A stretch of 62,200 nt of DNA from a virus (Duplodnaviria > Caudoviricetes): the IMG/VR virus record IMGVR_UViG_3300028189_000014, positions 1 through 62,200 of that record, one strand, 5' to 3'. Of the stretch, positions 19,501 to 30,555 are shown one piece after another; position 1 is the stretch's first letter, and each line of letters opens with the position of its first letter. The translations under genes and the position numbers were made by a program. The notes beneath the pieces were generated by a model. It ran no database searches and was not told the origin of the DNA. It saw nothing but the letters and a program-made list of their open reading frames with translations.

Positions 19501-22500
19501 TCAATCATTCAGATGCCTCATCGCAGGGATCTGGCTCCAGATAGGGATAGATCTATTAACACCGTTACCACTAAAGATAGAATCTACATGCCCGGCTGTT
19601 GGACCTAATAATCGAGTTGAAGTTTTCCCATTCCATCCTTGTGCATCCATAGCTGAGAACCCTATTTCTAGAGCGCCAAAACCTCCCGATCTACGGAATA
19701 TATTATAGGTGTAATCTCCCATGCCTTGTTTGGCTGTCGGATCGCGTTTACCCCAGTATTGGAGGAGTTCTCGAAGTTCTAGAGCTAAGCCTGCTAGTGG
19801 CAGCATGAAAAATGCGGCTAGAGCTATAGGCACAGACTTCGCAGGTAGGCCGTCTTGTTGTTTAACATTATTCCAGATACCTTCGAGCACCGTATGTTGG
19901 TATGCGTAGAAGAATGTTTTGAGGTGGGTTAGTAAACCAAATCTAGGATCGGACATGAACACCGGGCGCATTGCGTTATTCGGATTTACTACTGATTGAT
20001 CCACAAAAATCCCAATAGCATCTTGAACTCGCTGAGCCAATAACGCCGTATTCGGATCTTGTTCTAAATCCATGCTCATATCCTCTGCACGATTCCATAC
20101 CGGACGACCTAACTTATCCCATTGTTTTACTAAATCTGGGGTTAGTTTGAGCTCTTCTAAGAACTGGGTACTGTTCTCGTTCTGCTCAGTTATGCCATGT
20201 CTGATAATGAAATCCTCAGCAATAGACGCTGACATCACGCGGGACATATCAGTAAACCACTTCTGCCCGTTATATAAGAACAAATTCTTATTGGCTGTTT
20301 GTGCCCATGATGGCGCGGTATCTAACCCATATACTTCCAGCATTGCATGGTTCGCTAAGGTATCTTCTAAGAAGCCCATAGCCCGGTATCGCTGATAAGC
20401 CTCTTTGCGGTTCTTTACGGTACGTGCATACTGATGAAGAGCAGCTGATGCACCCTGAACATCTTTAGCGCGTAAGATAGGCCCTGCTAACTCAGGTATA
20501 GAGGCTACTGCGGTAAAGAGCAACACCATCCAGTTTTCCGCCGCCATAATATTATTCTGGTATTTACGCAACTGCGGATCCATATCTATACCCCGCTGTC
20601 CTAAGATTCCCTGCATCACGGTCTTAACACGGTTACGTGCTGTTGCATCAGGGATTGTGGCAATCTGATCGTTGAGTTTCTTAGCGGCATCGAAATAAGG
20701 CTCATCTCGCCCGTTGTCGACAATCTCGCCAAACAACCTACCGAACTCTGCGTGTCTGATCGACTTACGAACTGAGTTCATAAGTACAAACTCAGGGTCA
20801 GGATGTAGCCATCCGCCTTCGAGAAGATCCGCATTAGGGATCTGCATTAACTTGCCTCGTTTACGAACGGTGTTACCCGAAGGTGCATGTACTACATTTG
20901 GATCTAATGAAGTCTGATCTCGTAATATAGCATTTCGAAAATAGTCAGCATGAGTCTCATTCTCTACGAAATCATACTGCATCAAGAATTCATTAAACGC
21001 TTGTCCTTCCTGCTCTATCTTAGGGTTATTATACATTCGAGGGAAATGGTTAGTTACGCTCTCGAAGAACGGTACGGTGGACCCTAGATATTCAGTGAAT
21101 TTACGATGGACTTTGCGTAGTTCGACAGTCTTAGGATGCACTTCTGCGTCGGTTAACTGCTCATTTTGAACTTCACTCAGTATCTGGTCTTTCAGCCCCG
21201 GCGGTATAGATTTGAGCACTGTCTCATACGCTCCACCCCACTGCCGATCAAGCTGAGCAACTGCGACTAACCAGGGGCGTTGAATAGCACTAGTTGTTTG
21301 TGGACGTAGCCATAGCTTATCAGCAATAGCGTCAGCTCCCCATAACCGAAGCTGTTGATCCGCCGATAACAATGGGTACAGAACTTTCCTAGAACCTGAG
21401 AGAATCGCATTGATTCGAACCCGTGCTTGGTCGCGTAATTGCGGAGTTACTGCATTCAATAACGTTTCACGTAGTCGTTCAGTAAACGAGTCCAGCTCTT
21501 CTTCTGTAGGATTCGTTGTAGATGTGTCCTCTTCAGTTATAGATACAGAGTCTCGTTCATAGGCTGAGGGCTGTTCAAAGCCATAGCCGGGCGAATAACG
21601 TTTAGAGGTAACACCCTGCATATATTCAGAGAATGTTTGGTTCTGCTCAAACCGTCTCGACTTATTCTTATGCATCCGCTCATAAGCCGCTTTTAATCCT
21701 GCTTTGATCTCAGTGAATAATTGCTTCACTTTTTTAGCTAAGGATTGCTTCGTATCTGTAGATTCTGCAAGGAGACTATGTAATCCTTGCATACTGTCAA
21801 GATTACCTGAAGCTGCCCAAGCACTCATCTGGTCAGCGAACCATTCTCGGTAAGCATAAGGCTTATCCCAAGAACCCATCTCTGTTTCATAGGCTTTATA
21901 TAGAGCATCTTGTACTTCTTTCGGGGCTTTATGGAGAGCGTTACGCATAAATGCATGCCCAAACTCATGCCCTAAAGTAATCATCTGTACGGGGGCATCC
22001 CACTTGTTGTTTATATAGATAACGGCATGGTCTTTAAAATACCAAGTAGTCCCCATCTTATTTTTTTGTGCTAACCGACTAGTCATATCAGCTAGAACAT
22101 CTTCATCGACCAACGGGTTACGCAGCTTCGCATTCTGTTTAAGGATGCGTCCTACCGCCTGCATCTCTTTGTATTCTGAGAGAGCTCTTAGTTGGCGCAG
22201 AAGCTCGACTTTTTTAGCTCTCGCATTAGTCCTGACTTTCTTATTTTTTGCGTTTTCACCCTGTATCTTATTAAGTTCTTTCTGAATATTAAGCCATGCC
22301 TCGCCTCTATCTGAACGAACCAACTCTAGTTGTTTGGGGTTTAATACAGTTGACAGATCGTCAGGGAGTGCCAGTTCACTCTGGTCGACTATGTCCTGTA
22401 AGCCGTCGTTGTCAATTAGCATGACGTTGAACTTCGAGTTCGTCGCTTTAAGTAGTTGTACTACCGTGGGGCCTAACAGTTTCGCTGTTTTACCTACCGC

Positions 22501-25500
22501 TTTAACGTGAGGACCTAACATTTTTCCGCCAGCACTCGAGAGCACCGATTGCCAAGAACTACCCTGACTTACTGTACTATTAGGATCTGCTTTGTGGCCT
22601 CGGTTCCTAAATCCTGAGAGAATAAGGTCGCGCCATTGACGTTCGAACTTATGGTCAGACTGCGACACTTCAGTATCGTTATCTACAGTATCTAATATAG
22701 ACTTGTCGCCCGTGACGTAATCTTCGACTCCTTTACCGAACGCCGCGTTTTCACGTTGGACATTGAGCCAGTTGGCTAACTTAGTGGCGTGTTGGTCGAG
22801 TTTTAGAGACTCATTTTCTAGACGAGTAGCTTCTTCGTTTAAAGCGATTTGTTCCTCTGCATCTTGTAGGTTCTCATCATTCGCCTCCTCCCGGAGAGCA
22901 GTCGATTCTTTACGTAATGCCATAGTATACTTATGCACCTCAGCTATATCGTTGGATGTTTTAACTTCTAATTCTGCGCGGTAGCCTCGTTCTAGTTTAT
23001 CGAGTAGATCTATTTGTTTTATGAGGTTATTACTTTCTTCTGGAGTCCTCATATGATTCGGCTTGGCTGATATCTCACCGATCTGCTCTTGAAGAGCTCG
23101 TATCTGCCGTACCTTCACATCGTTATTAGCAATGTTCAGTTCTTGCTGAGTTACCTTATCTAAGGTGAGCATCTGTGTCGCCATTGTTGCGAGATGCATA
23201 TGGGTTTCTTGTAATACAGGATTCCCATCGCTTACCCGTTCATTTTTACCTGTTTCGGGATGGAATACGTACTGCGGCGCGAATGACTGTGCCGCATCTA
23301 ACATATCATTGATATGTTTCTTCAACGCGTAAGACGGATGAGATTCATCAGGTAATTTCTGACGACCTACAACTGCGCGTGACGATATGACTACATCTTC
23401 GTCTGCTGTGCCGTACTGGGATTCAGCTTTTTGGTCAACCTCTCCGGGTCTATGAGGCCCTAAGTCTGCTAGTCGCTTCGCTGCTTCGCGCGTATACTCC
23501 GCACGGGTTACAAGATCCTGCCCATAACCTAAGTTATCCCAGCTACTCAAAGCCGCATCTTTGCGGGCTTGGTCTGTAGTATTTAAATCAACCTGTTCGG
23601 TTATTTCAGGATCAGTGTTTACGTCTTGAACTTCTGACAACTTCTCAAGCTGCTCCTCCAAGAACATCATTGTTATCTTATCGTCAGGATCGAGTGATTG
23701 GCCTTCTTCTATATCCCGATACATTTTAAAGTACAGCTTCTCCCGCTCAGCTGTATATCGCTGACTCAACTCTATAGCTGCATCACCACGCTCATCTTTG
23801 TTAACCTCTTTATCTCTGAGTTTAGCGTGTAGCGCTGTCTCTGTTTCGTTCCTGAGTTCACTAGCTTGGAGATAAACGGTCTTCTTGAAAAAAGCCTCAC
23901 GCGCAGACGCTACCGTTGTTGATCGACGTTTTGACTCTGTTGATACTCCGGTCTCCTCATTTACATGGCTGACCATCGAATCGACAGTTCGATCCCCTGC
24001 TTTAGTCTTATAATTCCATATCCGACGATTATCCCAATTACTAAGATCTCGCCCTAGTAGATCTTCGTGTTCAATGCCTTTATCGCCATACTTTTCTGGA
24101 TTGCGACGAATTATTATTTCTAAAGATCGGATCAACGCTTCATATACATCAGCGGCTGACGGTTGGAGAATGGGCATTTTCTGCCCCCGCTCTTGCGCTA
24201 ACTTGAGCATCCCTAATCTAACTAACTCGATAGTGTCGTAGTTCTTGCCGTCTACAGTGACTATCTCAGCATCGCGGTCCTCTAAGCTATTCGCTTTTTT
24301 GTTGCCGCTGACTTGAGCTTTACGTAATAATGCTACTTCGCCAAACCGAACACCTTGGAAATTATTAGAATCCGTAGGGTACACAGAGAGGTAATGACTC
24401 TTCGGTATCGGATCGCCTTTGTAATCTTTTTCATCAGAGTATTCAGCGACTTCGATCCCTATAGTATGGTCAGGAAATTCTGCCTGTAGAGCCATCAGTT
24501 TCCGCTCTAGAGATTCAGACGGTTGTCCGATTTTCTCTCCTTTACTATGAGCTGCATAGGGCTTGCCTCTATCTTCATGGATCTCGTTCTGCCCTATGAT
24601 GAGTACTTCGGGAATACTCATCTCAAAACCACCACTCTCGAACACGTCAAATGCTCGCCACGTAGTACCCATTACTTTAGAAGTAGAATTGTTTAAGGCT
24701 TTATTAACCGCAACTGCGATTAAATCTCCTGCGATAGCATCGAATTTATCTTTGAGGGCTATATTATTTCCCTCCTCATCGAAACCAAAAGAAGGCATGT
24801 CCTCTGCCTTACTTTGTTTTTTCACGAAGGCTTCTTTCTCTTCCTTCGTTTTCAGAGAACTGTATTCAACAGCAGCTTCGCGTAATTTTTGTACTTTCGA
24901 GTACGCCTCAGTAGCCTTAGCTGACATTTCATCTAATGCAGCTTTGCGCCCCTCGGGAGTTGATGCTTTACCTAAAGCCTCAGCACCTTTCTCAAGAGAA
25001 TCTTTTAGCGCGTCATTAAATTCATTAAACGATTTAGGACTATCTGAATAGGCTTCTTTTACTTTGTCGACAAAGCTCTTAATCGTGTCGCCGTAAGCTG
25101 TGTGATCTGTGTTCGCATCATCCCTATGGGTGTTAAGCTGTTCGGTAAAGTTACCTATCTCGTTTGATGCATCTACAACTTTTTGATGAGATTCACCTAT
25201 TTTCTTAGCTGCCCAGTCAACACCTTGTCCTACTTTATGAGCACCGTATTGCGTAGCGGCAACGGGCGCAGATCCACCAAACGCCATGCCACCGCCAGCA
25301 GCGAAACCTTTGGAGAAGTCTTCTATAAGGCGTTGCCCGTTCTCGGGTGAGAATATGTCGTATTCGGGTTTATTAGCTTTAATCGCTAAGAAACTAATTA
25401 TAGATTGGATGTCTTCAGTGAATCCTTCTACCCCTGCAGTTATACCTACGCCTTTCGCCACCGTAGCGATAGTTTCCATGACGGTTTTAGGGTTCTTGCG

Positions 25501-26496
25501 CGCAACTTTAAAAACTTGTTTTAGTGCAGCTGCGACACCAACTACATCTACGGCAGCACCGGGGACTCCTGCAAGTAATGCCGCCGCCCCTGCTTTGTCA
25601 GGAGCAACGCCTTCTCTGATCTGATCTTTATAATACTCACCGACCATTAACGGATAGCTAGCTGTAGCCGCACCTACTAACGCTCCTTTCTTCTTCGCTT
25701 CGATTCGTAGTCCTCTAGCGAGCGCTTTCTTTGCTCCCGAACTTAACTTATCTACTAATTTCTTAGGATCTGTTTTGGGGTCAAAATTCTTAGCTGCTTG
25801 TTTTCGTGCAGCTTTTGCGTTGATGCCTAGACCCGTTTTAGATGGGTGGACATCCCAATCGAATATCCTCCGTATTTCATCGTGATATTTCTTAGGTACT
25901 TTATCTATTACTTTACTAACGGTTTTATAGGACGCTTCTAGATACTTAGGTCCTCTAAGCGTAGCACCTATAATACCTCCTGCGACCATAGGAACCATTT
26001 GAGCGAAATTCTCAGTTATCGCTTCAAGTATGTATGTGCCCGCCTTTGCAGGATCCCAGTCAACATCATATATAGATTCAATTTCAGCCGGATAATAACT
26101 AGCTTTATCTGCGTATTCTTCGCTGGTCTCCCGCCCAAAATCTGCTGCGGATTCAAATCCTGTAACCTCTGCAGCAGCTTCAATAGCTGAGCCTACATTA
26201 GAAACCGCGTTGTTAACCCCTCTGAGTATACCTCTCTGTGCGGCAGACTGATGCTGAAGATTCCCTTGACGTATTCGATTGTTATGCTGCTCGTCCCTTA
26301 TCGCTTTATCGTAGCGTAGGATATCCTCATCATTTAAAGCGTCTATGTCGAACTTCGGCGTATCTGCTGCGGTCTTTGCTACTGCTTGAGCATCTTTTTT
26401 TTCCTGTTCAGATACAGGAATATTCGATGCTTGTATCTTCGCCGATAAAGCTAAAATCTCGTCGTCAGATAGCGCATTTATGTCGAATCTGCTCAT
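19501..26496 (-). CDS. Giant internal virion / DNA-ejection protein with zincin-like motif
   Basis: 2331 aa, follows smaller ejection-type genes; hydrophobic Ala/Gly segments near N-terminus; LGHEFGHAF (HExxH) and REWFAD. Confidence 0.7.
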   Translation of the reverse strand: MSRFDINALSDDEILALSAKIQASNIPVSEQEKKDAQAVAKTAADTPKFDIDALNDEDILRYDKAIRDEQHNNRIRQGNLQHQSAAQRGILRGVNNAVSNVGSAIEAAAEVTGFESAADFGRETSEEYADKASYYPAEIESIYDVDWDPAKAGTYILEAITENFAQMVPMVAGGIIGATLRGPKYLEASYKTVSKVIDKVPKKYHDEIRRIFDWDVHPSKTGLGINAKAARKQAAKNFDPKTDPKKLVDKLSSGAKKALARGLRIEAKKKGALVGAATASYPLMVGEYYKDQIREGVAPDKAGAAALLAGVPGAAVDVVGVAAALKQVFKVARKNPKTVMETIATVAKGVGITAGVEGFTEDIQSIISFLAIKANKPEYDIFSPENGQRLIEDFSKGFAAGGGMAFGGSAPVAATQYGAHKVGQGVDWAAKKIGESHQKVVDASNEIGNFTEQLNTHRDDANTDHTAYGDTIKSFVDKVKEAYSDSPKSFNEFNDALKDSLEKGAEALGKASTPEGRKAALDEMSAKATEAYSKVQKLREAAVEYSSLKTKEEKEAFVKKQSKAEDMPSFGFDEEGNNIALKDKFDAIAGDLIAVAVNKALNNSTSKVMGTTWRAFDVFESGGFEMSIPEVLIIGQNEIHEDRGKPYAAHSKGEKIGQPSESLERKLMALQAEFPDHTIGIEVAEYSDEKDYKGDPIPKSHYLSVYPTDSNNFQGVRFGEVALLRKAQVSGNKKANSLEDRDAEIVTVDGKNYDTIELVRLGMLKLAQERGQKMPILQPSAADVYEALIRSLEIIIRRNPEKYGDKGIEHEDLLGRDLSNWDNRRIWNYKTKAGDRTVDSMVSHVNEETGVSTESKRRSTTVASAREAFFKKTVYLQASELRNETETALHAKLRDKEVNKDERGDAAIELSQRYTAEREKLYFKMYRDIEEGQSLDPDDKITMMFLEEQLEKLSEVQDVNTDPEITEQVDLNTTDQARKDAALSSWDNLGYGQDLVTRAEYTREAAKRLADLGPHRPGEVDQKAESQYGTADEDVVISSRAVVGRQKLPDESHPSYALKKHINDMLDAAQSFAPQYVFHPETGKNERVSDGNPVLQETHMHLATMATQMLTLDKVTQQELNIANNDVKVRQIRALQEQIGEISAKPNHMRTPEESNNLIKQIDLLDKLERGYRAELEVKTSNDIAEVHKYTMALRKESTALREEANDENLQDAEEQIALNEEATRLENESLKLDQHATKLANWLNVQRENAAFGKGVEDYVTGDKSILDTVDNDTEVSQSDHKFERQWRDLILSGFRNRGHKADPNSTVSQGSSWQSVLSSAGGKMLGPHVKAVGKTAKLLGPTVVQLLKATNSKFNVMLIDNDGLQDIVDQSELALPDDLSTVLNPKQLELVRSDRGEAWLNIQKELNKIQGENAKNKKVRTNARAKKVELLRQLRALSEYKEMQAVGRILKQNAKLRNPLVDEDVLADMTSRLAQKNKMGTTWYFKDHAVIYINNKWDAPVQMITLGHEFGHAFMRNALHKAPKEVQDALYKAYETEMGSWDKPYAYREWFADQMSAWAASGNLDSMQGLHSLLAESTDTKQSLAKKVKQLFTEIKAGLKAAYERMHKNKSRRFEQNQTFSEYMQGVTSKRYSPGYGFEQPSAYERDSVSITEEDTSTTNPTEEELDSFTERLRETLLNAVTPQLRDQARVRINAILSGSRKVLYPLLSADQQLRLWGADAIADKLWLRPQTTSAIQRPWLVAVAQLDRQWGGAYETVLKSIPPGLKDQILSEVQNEQLTDAEVHPKTVELRKVHRKFTEYLGSTVPFFESVTNHFPRMYNNPKIEQEGQAFNEFLMQYDFVENETHADYFRNAILRDQTSLDPNVVHAPSGNTVRKRGKLMQIPNADLLEGGWLHPDPEFVLMNSVRKSIRHAEFGRLFGEIVDNGRDEPYFDAAKKLNDQIATIPDATARNRVKTVMQGILGQRGIDMDPQLRKYQNNIMAAENWMVLLFTAVASIPELAGPILRAKDVQGASAALHQYARTVKNRKEAYQRYRAMGFLEDTLANHAMLEVYGLDTAPSWAQTANKNLFLYNGQKWFTDMSRVMSASIAEDFIIRHGITEQNENSTQFLEELKLTPDLVKQWDKLGRPVWNRAEDMSMDLEQDPNTALLAQRVQDAIGIFVDQSVVNPNNAMRPVFMSDPRFGLLTHLKTFFYAYQHTVLEGIWNNVKQQDGLPAKSVPIALAAFFMLPLAGLALELRELLQYWGKRDPTAKQGMGDYTYNIFRRSGGFGALEIGFSAMDAQGWNGKTSTRLLGPTAGHVDSIFSGNGVNRSIPIWSQIPAMRHLND

Positions 26497-28049
26497 TGAT
26501 TTAAGACTCCACGCTTCTTCCTTATGTTTTCAGCCGCTTTGGCTATCGCTTGCTTTTGTTCCGGCGTGTAGTTGCTGATATTAGCGTTAGTGCTTTCATC
26601 TACAGGGGGCTCTGCTTTGCCACCAAGTAGTTTTTGTAGCCATGGCTGAAATGCTTTGGGGAACTCAGATAAGCGTACAGGATCTCCATATTCGAGTGTT
26701 TTGTTCGCTCCAGTTTTACTAGGTTTTAGTATCCGAACGTATTCCACGCCATCTTCGATAGTTAATCGCATAGACTCAGCGAGAGCCGATTCGTCGGGCT
26801 CTTCTAGCCTACCGTCCCACCATTCTTTATCCCACAATTCCCACCAGCTCGTCTTAAATTTGTCAGTACCTCGTACATGCTGCATGAAGCCTTTTATCTG
26901 TTGCTGTTGAATAGCCGGGTAATGTAGATCGAACATTTGTTGTTGTTGATCTGTCGCGTTAGGGTTATTGGCTACATTAAATAACTGGTTTGCTAATATA
27001 TTAGCCTGCGTAAATAAATATTGACCTTTAAGCCTCCCATCCTCCGCTTTGGTGATTACTTTCTCCATCTGCGCAATCATCCTATCAGTCGGAGCAGTGC
27101 CTTTGCCTGTAACACCTTTCAGTGCGGCTGTTATAGTTTTTTTGTCCGTTGCGTACTCATTGCGTTTATTCGCTGCATTTTCTTGCATCAAGGCTTTCTT
27201 ATAGGCATAACTAGCCTCAGCAAACTTCTCACGAGGCTTCCTAAAACTAGCATCGTCGAATTCTTTGGATGTTATATTATCTGTATTCATCTCAGTTGCC
27301 CTAGATGCGGTGAGCCTAGGGTCTGGGGCATATAGGTTAAGTTCGCCGCCTATGTTGCGGACTTGTTTTGCATGTAGATTAGCTATGTATGGCGAAGTGT
27401 TACCGTAGAGACGTTGTTGACGCTGTATCTCTTCATTCACATCCTCAGCCGGAATCAACTCCATTGCGTCGTTCGGATCAGACGATGCGTTTCGAGTCCA
27501 CGGGACGATCTCTTCCATCGACTCAGGGAGCAAGGAGGCGAGTCCTCCCATGACATCCTCTGTCATCGTATTGGCTCGTTTACGTAAGTTAACCTGATAT
27601 GCGCCACTAGGGTATTGAGCTGCTAATTCATCGGCATTGCCGAACCCTGAAAAATCGGTGATGAGCTTCACGCCTGCTATAGGATTAGCGGCGAATTCTG
27701 ACATATCACGGTTTGGGTTACTGCTTAGTTTTTTAAATACTCCGGGATGGTTTTGCATAAACCCATTTATTAATTTACCGTAACCTGAGGTTGGATCGGC
27801 CATGATTTGTTTCTGTGTCGTGCCATAATCCCACTGCTGTTCTTTTGGAATACCTTTGTTATGATCTTCCTGCGCCAACATAGTTAATTCATGCAGTCCT
27901 TTGGTTATCCCACCCAACTTAGCTTTGGTTAGAGCTCGTTGTTTTGCAGCAGCCTCTGTAGCTGACTTATCGGCCTCTATAGCATAGTACAATCCTTTCT
28001 GCCTAGAGGCATCATTACCTGCTGCACGTATCCCGTCAAATATACCCAT
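26493..28049 (-). CDS. Putative internal virion protein
   Basis: 518 aa, helical, position in ejection-gene cluster. Confidence 0.5.
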   Translation of the reverse strand: MGIFDGIRAAGNDASRQKGLYYAIEADKSATEAAAKQRALTKAKLGGITKGLHELTMLAQEDHNKGIPKEQQWDYGTTQKQIMADPTSGYGKLINGFMQNHPGVFKKLSSNPNRDMSEFAANPIAGVKLITDFSGFGNADELAAQYPSGAYQVNLRKRANTMTEDVMGGLASLLPESMEEIVPWTRNASSDPNDAMELIPAEDVNEEIQRQQRLYGNTSPYIANLHAKQVRNIGGELNLYAPDPRLTASRATEMNTDNITSKEFDDASFRKPREKFAEASYAYKKALMQENAANKRNEYATDKKTITAALKGVTGKGTAPTDRMIAQMEKVITKAEDGRLKGQYLFTQANILANQLFNVANNPNATDQQQQMFDLHYPAIQQQQIKGFMQHVRGTDKFKTSWWELWDKEWWDGRLEEPDESALAESMRLTIEDGVEYVRILKPSKTGANKTLEYGDPVRLSEFPKAFQPWLQKLLGGKAEPPVDESTNANISNYTPEQKQAIAKAAENIRKKRGVLNQ

Positions 28050-28061
28050 TTTTATACCTTT

Positions 28062-28565
28062 TTATGAAAGAAGAAACCGAGCCCCTAGCCCTACTAATTG
28101 TGCTGCGTTATTCCAACCCGATGATTTAGATTGAGCAGCGGCCTGTGCTTGCTGCATGCTTTGAGCGTCAAGTAGACTCTGACCTGTGGCTTCATTACCT
28201 CGGCTCAAACCTAATAACCCACGACCTAAACCGACTTTTTGTTTGAGTATCTCTTGGTTACGATCTTTTAAACTCTGTGCCGTAGTATTGTAGTTATGTG
28301 CTTGCCCTACAGCTGCCCCTAGTGCATTACTACTATTCATCGCTTGTTGTTGCGAGGCTGATAGATTCACGCCATAACGCCCTCGGTTACGCGCGTTTGC
28401 GGCAGCAACTTGGTTAATATCATTGAGCGTATTGCTGTTGGAGTTATCAAGGGCGCTGGTATCTGCCATCTTGTTATCCATTGCCGTAACCATAGGAGCC
28501 ATGTCCTGTGATATACGATCCCATTCACCTCTATACATTGCTGCACTCATAATTTTCTCCACCAA
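28062..28565 (-). CDS. Putative ejection protein
   Basis: Q/N/A/G-rich with GLG-type C-terminus. Confidence 0.5.
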   Translation of the reverse strand: MVEKIMSAAMYRGEWDRISQDMAPMVTAMDNKMADTSALDNSNSNTLNDINQVAAANARNRGRYGVNLSASQQQAMNSSNALGAAVGQAHNYNTTAQSLKDRNQEILKQKVGLGRGLLGLSRGNEATGQSLLDAQSMQQAQAAAQSKSSGWNNAAQLVGLGARFLLS

Positions 28566-29197
28566 TCGGATACATCATTTCCCCACCGCCCTAGCCGAGA
28601 GGTGTATCCCGGGACATCGCTTTGTTGTCCTGTGAAGAAAGCTCCTTGCTGTCGTCGTTTAGCAGCTTCTCTCTGGATCCAATCTCTTTCATTAAGTCTT
28701 TCCCATCCCCCGTATGCGGTTCCTAATCCTGTTAGCATAGAATCCTGCACCGATGCATTTGTACGATTAGCAAGATTCGCTTTTTCTATAAGCATCTGGT
28801 TATTCGCTAAAGCTGACTGTGAAAAAGCCTTCTGAGAATCCGTTAAAATACCCAGCGATAAATTAGCGGCATCAGATATTCCACCCAGTTGTTTCTGGTC
28901 TGCGCCTAACCGAGCATTCGTAGTTACATTCGATAAAGCCGCGCCTTGGTTATTAGGTCTAAAGCCTCGCCCTGCTGCTAAATTCAAAGCATTGGGGTCA
29001 TTCATAGATTGAAAATAATCAGATCGTGCGCGTTGCTCCATCTGAGCCCGATCATCGCGTTGTAGCGACTGGACATACTCCGCTTCTGCTGGACGGAACG
29101 ACGTGTCATATAAACCCCGTTGTTGTCCTGCTATGTTATTTAGGGTGGCGGCGCGTCCTCCTGTATCTCCCACGGTTTCATTACCAAACCAAGACAT
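28547..29197 (-). CDS. Putative ejection protein
   Basis: Q/A/G-rich; position. Confidence 0.5.
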   Translation of the reverse strand: MSWFGNETVGDTGGRAATLNNIAGQQRGLYDTSFRPAEAEYVQSLQRDDRAQMEQRARSDYFQSMNDPNALNLAAGRGFRPNNQGAALSNVTTNARLGADQKQLGGISDAANLSLGILTDSQKAFSQSALANNQMLIEKANLANRTNASVQDSMLTGLGTAYGGWERLNERDWIQREAAKRRQQGAFFTGQQSDVPGYTSRLGRWGNDVSDWWRKL

Positions 29198-29835
29198 TAT
29201 ATACCTCCATACTTAACTTTACGGACAGTGCGAACCCTGCCATTCTGTGCTGTGTCTTTAGCTGCTTGGATTTCTTGGCTATACATTTGTGCGTATACCG
29301 ACCCCATATTAGGATCGCTCCAAGTCTTCCCTACCATAAGTAGTAACTTTGCTAATGTCCCTGAAACAAGAGCGTTGTAACTATCATTGAACATCTGCGA
29401 ATCCATACGATTAGCCACAATAGTCGGGTATACCGCTACCCGTATGCTCATAGCCTTAGCTGTAGTAGCTATAGGTATCGGCGCTATCGTAACCGTATCA
29501 GGAGCTAGCTGAGTAAAGTACTTAGGAGCCCCACTTTTCGTACGCCATTCGGGTTCGAGCTGTTGAAGTTGCGATTCAGTCTTAGGAGTCAGTGTATTCG
29601 TTAGATGTAGAATCGAAAGTACCTCAGCGACTGCTGTCTTACTCGGTACTTCTAACTCATAAGTAGCGGTATCCTTACTGACCGCTGCAGGATCTAAATC
29701 AACTCGCCATGATTTTGATGCTTTGAAAAACTCCATCGCCACTTCTTGGATGCGACTCTCTATAAAGAAGTCGGGGCAGTCTGGTATCTCCCCCTGTATC
29801 CTAGGAGTTAATGTACTGTATGCTGTATCTGCCAC
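29197..29835 (-). CDS. Head-tail adaptor / tail tubular-type protein
   Basis: IPDCPD..I...EFF..S..WR, WSDP motifs; GTG start; position after capsid. Confidence 0.6.
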   Translation of the reverse strand: MADTAYSTLTPRIQGEIPDCPDFFIESRIQEVAMEFFKASKSWRVDLDPAAVSKDTATYELEVPSKTAVAEVLSILHLTNTLTPKTESQLQQLEPEWRTKSGAPKYFTQLAPDTVTIAPIPIATTAKAMSIRVAVYPTIVANRMDSQMFNDSYNALVSGTLAKLLLMVGKTWSDPNMGSVYAQMYSQEIQAAKDTAQNGRVRTVRKVKYGGI

Positions 29836-29845
29836 GTATTATCTC

Positions 29846-30463
29846 CTATGCCGCTGCTACTGCAGCGCTTCCTTTGAGCCCTAAGGCTTGAGCGAATGTA
29901 CCGTAGGCTGCCATGGCTCGCTGACCATTGCCTGCGAAATCTGCGTCTTTACTAAAAGCACGATAAAGTACGTAGTCCACTAGGACATTCGCGTATATAT
30001 CATCTAAGGCTATGGTATTACTTATACCCACCATATCTGTAGGTGTAACTGCGTAAACAAGTTCTACAGAAGCATCCGTTGTTGCTTTGGGGTATACATG
30101 AAATTCTTTAGGGTTTCTCGGATCAAACATAAAATATTTGATCGTCGCACTCGCTGGTGCATTACGCCAGTTAGGTAACTGCGCGTCTAAGTGTTCTCGA
30201 GCAATCTGTTTTACCACTTGCCCAGTCGTGTTGCTCAGAATATCAATAAACAAAATACCACCCGCAGGTAGTGTTTGTTTGATGCTTGCGACTAGAGACT
30301 CAGGACCACTAGAGGTGTTAGCATCTGGTTTTAATAGGACGATTTCACGTTGCCCGTCATTCAGCCACCCAAGTAACTCAGTTATAGGCCACCGAGTTTC
30401 GGCAGCATCTTGGAGTATAGTCTGCGCTTTATTGAGCAGAGTGCTACTTTTAATCGTACCCAT
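29846..30463 (-). CDS. Head completion/adaptor protein
   Basis: LQD...RW...ELLGWLNDGQREI, VYP, LVDYVLYRAFSKD. Confidence 0.7.
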   Translation of the reverse strand: MGTIKSSTLLNKAQTILQDAAETRWPITELLGWLNDGQREIVLLKPDANTSSGPESLVASIKQTLPAGGILFIDILSNTTGQVVKQIAREHLDAQLPNWRNAPASATIKYFMFDPRNPKEFHVYPKATTDASVELVYAVTPTDMVGISNTIALDDIYANVLVDYVLYRAFSKDADFAGNGQRAMAAYGTFAQALGLKGSAAVAAA

Positions 30464-30476
30464 CTATCTTCCTTAT

Positions 30477-30510
30477 AAAAAGTGCCCCTCCCGGAGAAGG
30501 GGCGGGTTTT
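30477..30510 (-). terminator. Intrinsic terminator after capsid gene
   Basis: Minus strand GCCCCTTCTCCGGGAGGGGC stem-loop followed by ACTTTTAT. Confidence 0.6.
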
Positions 30511-30555
30511 CTACAAGCAGTCTCCCCACCAAGAGACTGCTAAGATAGAACAGTT

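Noticed and set aside
19501-26496. N4-type virion RNA polymerase
   Set aside because: No recognisable RNAP motifs A/B/C or DxDGD found by eye; remote homology not excluded
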